NCBI GenBank assembly: GCA_963717935.1
Contig: CAVQXP010000004.1
Location: 96,001-160,000, forward strand
DNA: 64,000 nt
Reading direction: 5' to 3'
Origin: Candidatus Eiseniibacteriota bacterium
Lineage (GTDB): Bacteria > Eisenbacteria > RBG-16-71-46
Shown: in pieces, positions 60,940-64,000 of the stretch
Layout of the letters: every line of letters starts with the position of its first letter
Numbering within the stretch: the first letter of the stretch is position 1
Notes under the pieces: model-generated
What the model saw: only the letters and a program-made list of their open reading frames with translations
Database searches by the model: none
What the model was told of the DNA's origin: nothing
Made by a program: the position numbers and the translations under genes

Positions 60940-62375
60940 CTACCCGATCCGCCCCATCTCGATCGCGTGCGTGGGCAGCGAGCCGGGCGAGGGGCGTGCC
61001 GCGCGCGCGAGGAACCGTCCGGCGCCGCGCTCGACGTCGAGCCTGCCGCCGGCGAAGCAGACGCGCCCGTTCACGATGACGTGGGTCGGGCTCCCCTTCA
61101 CGGCGAAGCCCTCGTAGGGGTTGCGGTCGCACTTCGAGTGGTGGGTCTTCGCGCTGCGCACCGACGTGCCGGCTCGGGTCGTAGAGCACCAGGTCGGCGT
61201 CGCTGCCGACCGCGATCTCGCCCTTGCGCGGGTAGAGCCCGAAGATGCGGGCCGGGTTCGTGCTGCCGAGCGCCACCATGCGCTGCAGGTCGAAGCGGCC
61301 CTCGCACACGCCGTAGGTGTAGAGCAGCTGGAGCCGGTCCTCGATCCCCGGCAGGCCGCCCGGGATCCTCGTGAAATCGTCCCGGCCCAGGCGTCTCTGC
61401 TCCATGGTGAACGGGCAGTGGTCGGTGCCGACCGTGTCCAGCACGCCGCCGGCCAGCCCGCTTCCACAGCGCCTCGTGGTGGCCGCGGCCCGCCGGGCGG
61501 ATGGGCGGGCTGCAGACGTAGGCCGCAGCTTCGAAATCCGGCTTCGCGAACACGGTGTCGTCGAGCAGCAGGTACTGCGGGCAGGTTTCGCCGTAGCAGC
61601 GCTCCCCCGCGGCGCGCGCGCGCGCCAGGGCCTCGACCGCCTCGCGGCAGGTCATGTGCACGATGTAGACCTCGGTGCCGTGGAGCTTCGCCAGCACCAG
61701 CGCGCGGTGCGTGGCCTCGCCCTCGAGGCAGCTCGGCCGCGAGACCGGGTGGAACTCCGGACCGAGGTCGCCCCGGGCGCGCAGATCCTGCTGGAGCGCG
61801 GCCACCGCGTCGCCGTTCTCGGCGTGCACCAGCACCACCGCGCCCAGCCTCGCGGCGTGCTTCATGACCTGGTAGAGCTCGCCGTCGTCCACCATCAGGG
61901 TGCCCTTGTAGGCCATGAGCACCTTGAACGAGGGAATGCCGTGCTCGGCGACCACCGCGCGCATCTCGCCGGCGGTCCGTTCGTCCCAGCCCGTGATGCC
62001 CATGTGGAACGTGTAGTCGGCGACCGAGCCCTTCGCCTGCTCGCGCCGGGTGCGCAGCGCCTCGAGCAGGGACTGGCCGCGGTCCGGCACCACGAAGTCC
62101 ACGATGGTGGTGGTGCCGCCGGCCACGCCGGAGGCCGTGCCGGTCTCGAAGTCGTCGGCCGAGACGGTGCCACCGACCGGCAGCGCCAGGTGCACATGCG
62201 GGTCCACGAAACCCGGGAAGACGAAGCGCCCCGAGGCGTCCAGCACCTCGTCCTTCGCGGAGCGCCGCTCGAGGTTCGGACCGATGGCGAGCACGCGGCC
62301 ATCGTCCGCGTAGAGGTCGGCGACGTAGCGCTCCGTCGCGGTCACGATCTCGCCCTGCTTGATCAACAGGCCCAT
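60940..62375 (-). CDS. hydA: Dihydropyrimidinase/hydantoinase, interrupted by two one-base frameshifts
   Basis: PGFVDPHVH, GGTTTIVDF, SFKVLMAY, VHAENG, GETCPQYL; then TDHCPF, GLPGIEDR, KGEIAVGSDAD and NPYEG in successive frames. Confidence 0.92.
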
Positions 62376-62511
62376 GACGCCTCCCCTCCCGGCGACTGCG
62401 CCCGGCGCTCCGTGCGGCGCGGCTCGGACGCCTGCCGCGGGCTACGGTACAGCATCCGCCCGTGGCGCACCGCCATCAAGAACTCCGGCGCGGCGAACCG
62501 GACCACGCAGG

Positions 62512-63084
62512 TCACCCGCCCCCCACCTTCCGCTTCACGTCCCGGAACAGAGCGCTCATGTGCTTCCAGGCGTAGCGTGCGTCGCGGCCACCGAGCCGCG
62601 CGAGCGGGACCCACTCGGCGCTGGCGGCATCGTCGGCGGCGCGGGGCACCCCCCTGCGCCAGCGGCCCAGGAAGTAGAAGTTCAGGGTCGGGATCCAGCC
62701 GAAACCCCTGAGGAAATAGCGGTCCCAGTAGATGCCGAGCGACTCGACGCGCCCGAGCGTGAGACCGGTCTCCTCCTCGAGCTCGCGCCGCGCGGCGCGC
62801 TCGATGCTCTCGTCGGCGTCCATGAAGCCACCCGGCACGTCGAGGCGGCCCCGGCGCGGCGCGTGCGCCCGGCGCAGGAGCAGCACGGCGTCGTCCTTGA
62901 GCACGACGAGGCCCGCGCACGGCCGCGGATAGTCGTAGATCAGGTAGCCGCAGCGCGCGCAGCCGATCTTGCGCGGGCGCCCGCCCGCGGTGCGGCGCAC
63001 GGGGCGGCCGCAGCGCGCGCAGGGGAAGGCGGGGCCGCGGCCCCGCGGCCCGGTCCGGCCGCGCTTCGCAGCCACGGCGCTCAC
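62512..63084 (-). CDS. Nudix hydrolase with N-terminal zinc ribbon
   Basis: CARC..CARCG..Y..P, PGGFMDADESIERAARRELEEETGL; GTGA overlap with the upstream gene. Confidence 0.9.
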   Translation of the reverse strand: MSAVAAKRGRTGPRGRGPAFPCARCGRPVRRTAGGRPRKIGCARCGYLIYDYPRPCAGLVVLKDDAVLLLRRAHAPRRGRLDVPGGFMDADESIERAARRELEEETGLTLGRVESLGIYWDRYFLRGFGWIPTLNFYFLGRWRRGVPRAADDAASAEWVPLARLGGRDARYAWKHMSALFRDVKRKVGGG

Positions 63085-63917
63085 GGCGCGCTCACCGTGA
63101 TGACCGCCGGCAGCGCCACGGGCGGCAACGGCGCGTCCCGCGGGGCGCGGCCGTGCTCCCACTGGCCGAAGCTGGCGTAGCGGAAGTGGGCGGTGCTCAC
63201 CACCATCTCGGCCTCCAGTCCGCCGTCCATGGCCATCGCCTGCGACAGCTCCAGCGGCAGGGTCTTCAGCAACTGGGCGAAATCCCAGAGCGTGTAGCCG
63301 CCCTCGCTCGTCAGGACGACGATCCTCCCGCCGCGGTCCTCGGCAACCGCGGTGCGGCCCGCGACCTGGTCACTGTGCCGCACGCGCACCGTGCCGTCGC
63401 GGTCGAAGAGCATGAAGGACTGCGCGACCTCGTCCCAGCCGAGCGAATCGGGGCCGAGCCGCTCTCGCGACAGGTCCAGCACCCGGATGGCCGGGCCGCC
63501 GGCGCGGGGACCCGCCACCAGCACGGCCTTGAACGTGGGGTGGGCCCGGCGCGAGATGACCTTGCCTCCGCTCGCCAGCAGGCCCATGTACGAATAGTCG
63601 CCGTAGTACTGGCCCGCGTTGAAGACGGCGAGCGCGTCGGTGCGCCGCTGCCACTCCAGGATGTCCAGCGGCCGCGACTCGGGCTCGCGGGTGAAGTGGC
63701 GGACGCGGATGCGCACGCGCGACGGGTCCAGGCGCAACGCGGCGACGGTGGCCGAGCCGTGGCGGCAGTAGGGCTCGCCGCGCAGCGTCGCGAACTCCAC
63801 GCCGGGCCGCAGCGTGCGCCAGTGCGGGCCACCAGCGCGCTGGGTGATGAGAAAGGCCCCGACCACGAGCGCGGCGAGCGCGCTCACCCGCGCTACGGGG
63901 AATCGCGAGCGCATCAT
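63081..63917 (-). CDS. Phosphodiester glycosidase (NAGPA-like) family protein
   Basis: N-terminal signal/TM segment; FNAGQY, RTAVA, AMAMDGG. Confidence 0.7.
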   Translation of the reverse strand: MMRSRFPVARVSALAALVVGAFLITQRAGGPHWRTLRPGVEFATLRGEPYCRHGSATVAALRLDPSRVRIRVRHFTREPESRPLDILEWQRRTDALAVFNAGQYYGDYSYMGLLASGGKVISRRAHPTFKAVLVAGPRAGGPAIRVLDLSRERLGPDSLGWDEVAQSFMLFDRDGTVRVRHSDQVAGRTAVAEDRGGRIVVLTSEGGYTLWDFAQLLKTLPLELSQAMAMDGGLEAEMVVSTAHFRYASFGQWEHGRAPRDAPLPPVALPAVITVSAP

Positions 63918-64000
63918 GCGGACAGTGTGACGGCCGCCCGCGGACCCGTCAACGGCGGCCCGGCGGCCGGACCCACCGGCCGGGAGCACGATCGGGGGCG

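Noticed and set aside
62363..62515. Possible 50-aa ORF between the Nudix gene and hydA
   Set aside because: It has a GTGA overlap but no recognisable motif and runs into the hydA start; cannot be supported.

Overview
Very GC-rich bacterial chromosome segment from a diderm organism (outer-membrane beta-barrels, Omp85-type protein). Two secreted proteins carry a T9SS-CTD/FlgD-like C-terminal domain, which suggests an FCB-adjacent lineage such as Candidatus Eisenbacteria (inference only). I saw no CRISPR array, prophage, transposase or rRNA. The left part holds envelope and housekeeping genes: a SigW-like ECF locus, eno, ftsB, tRNA-fMet, a GH1 hydrolase, and a microprotein-hsp20-lon operon. Most of the rest is a ferredoxin/redox cluster: a four-subunit 2-oxoacid:ferredoxin oxidoreductase, apbE-rnfCDGEAB, a ferredoxin, nifJ with a DHOD-like partner, a SUF operon and pntAAB. 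The best candidates for undescribed biology are: (1) a SUF operon headed by a MerR-family regulator with a C-terminal CxxC-x9-CxxC-x3-H motif, containing an intein in sufB and a Rieske-CxxC-SufT fusion; (2) an RnfA fused to a signal peptide and an Ig-like domain; (3) a Cys-to-Asp change at an Fe-S ligand position in PFOR; (4) a secreted 8-repeat propeller-like protein with mosaic variable positions; (5) a Cys/His-rich microprotein leading hsp20-lon. Four apparent single-base insertions (ECF sigma, lon, and two in hydA) look like assembly errors. All product calls come from motif recognition by eye; no database searches were run.
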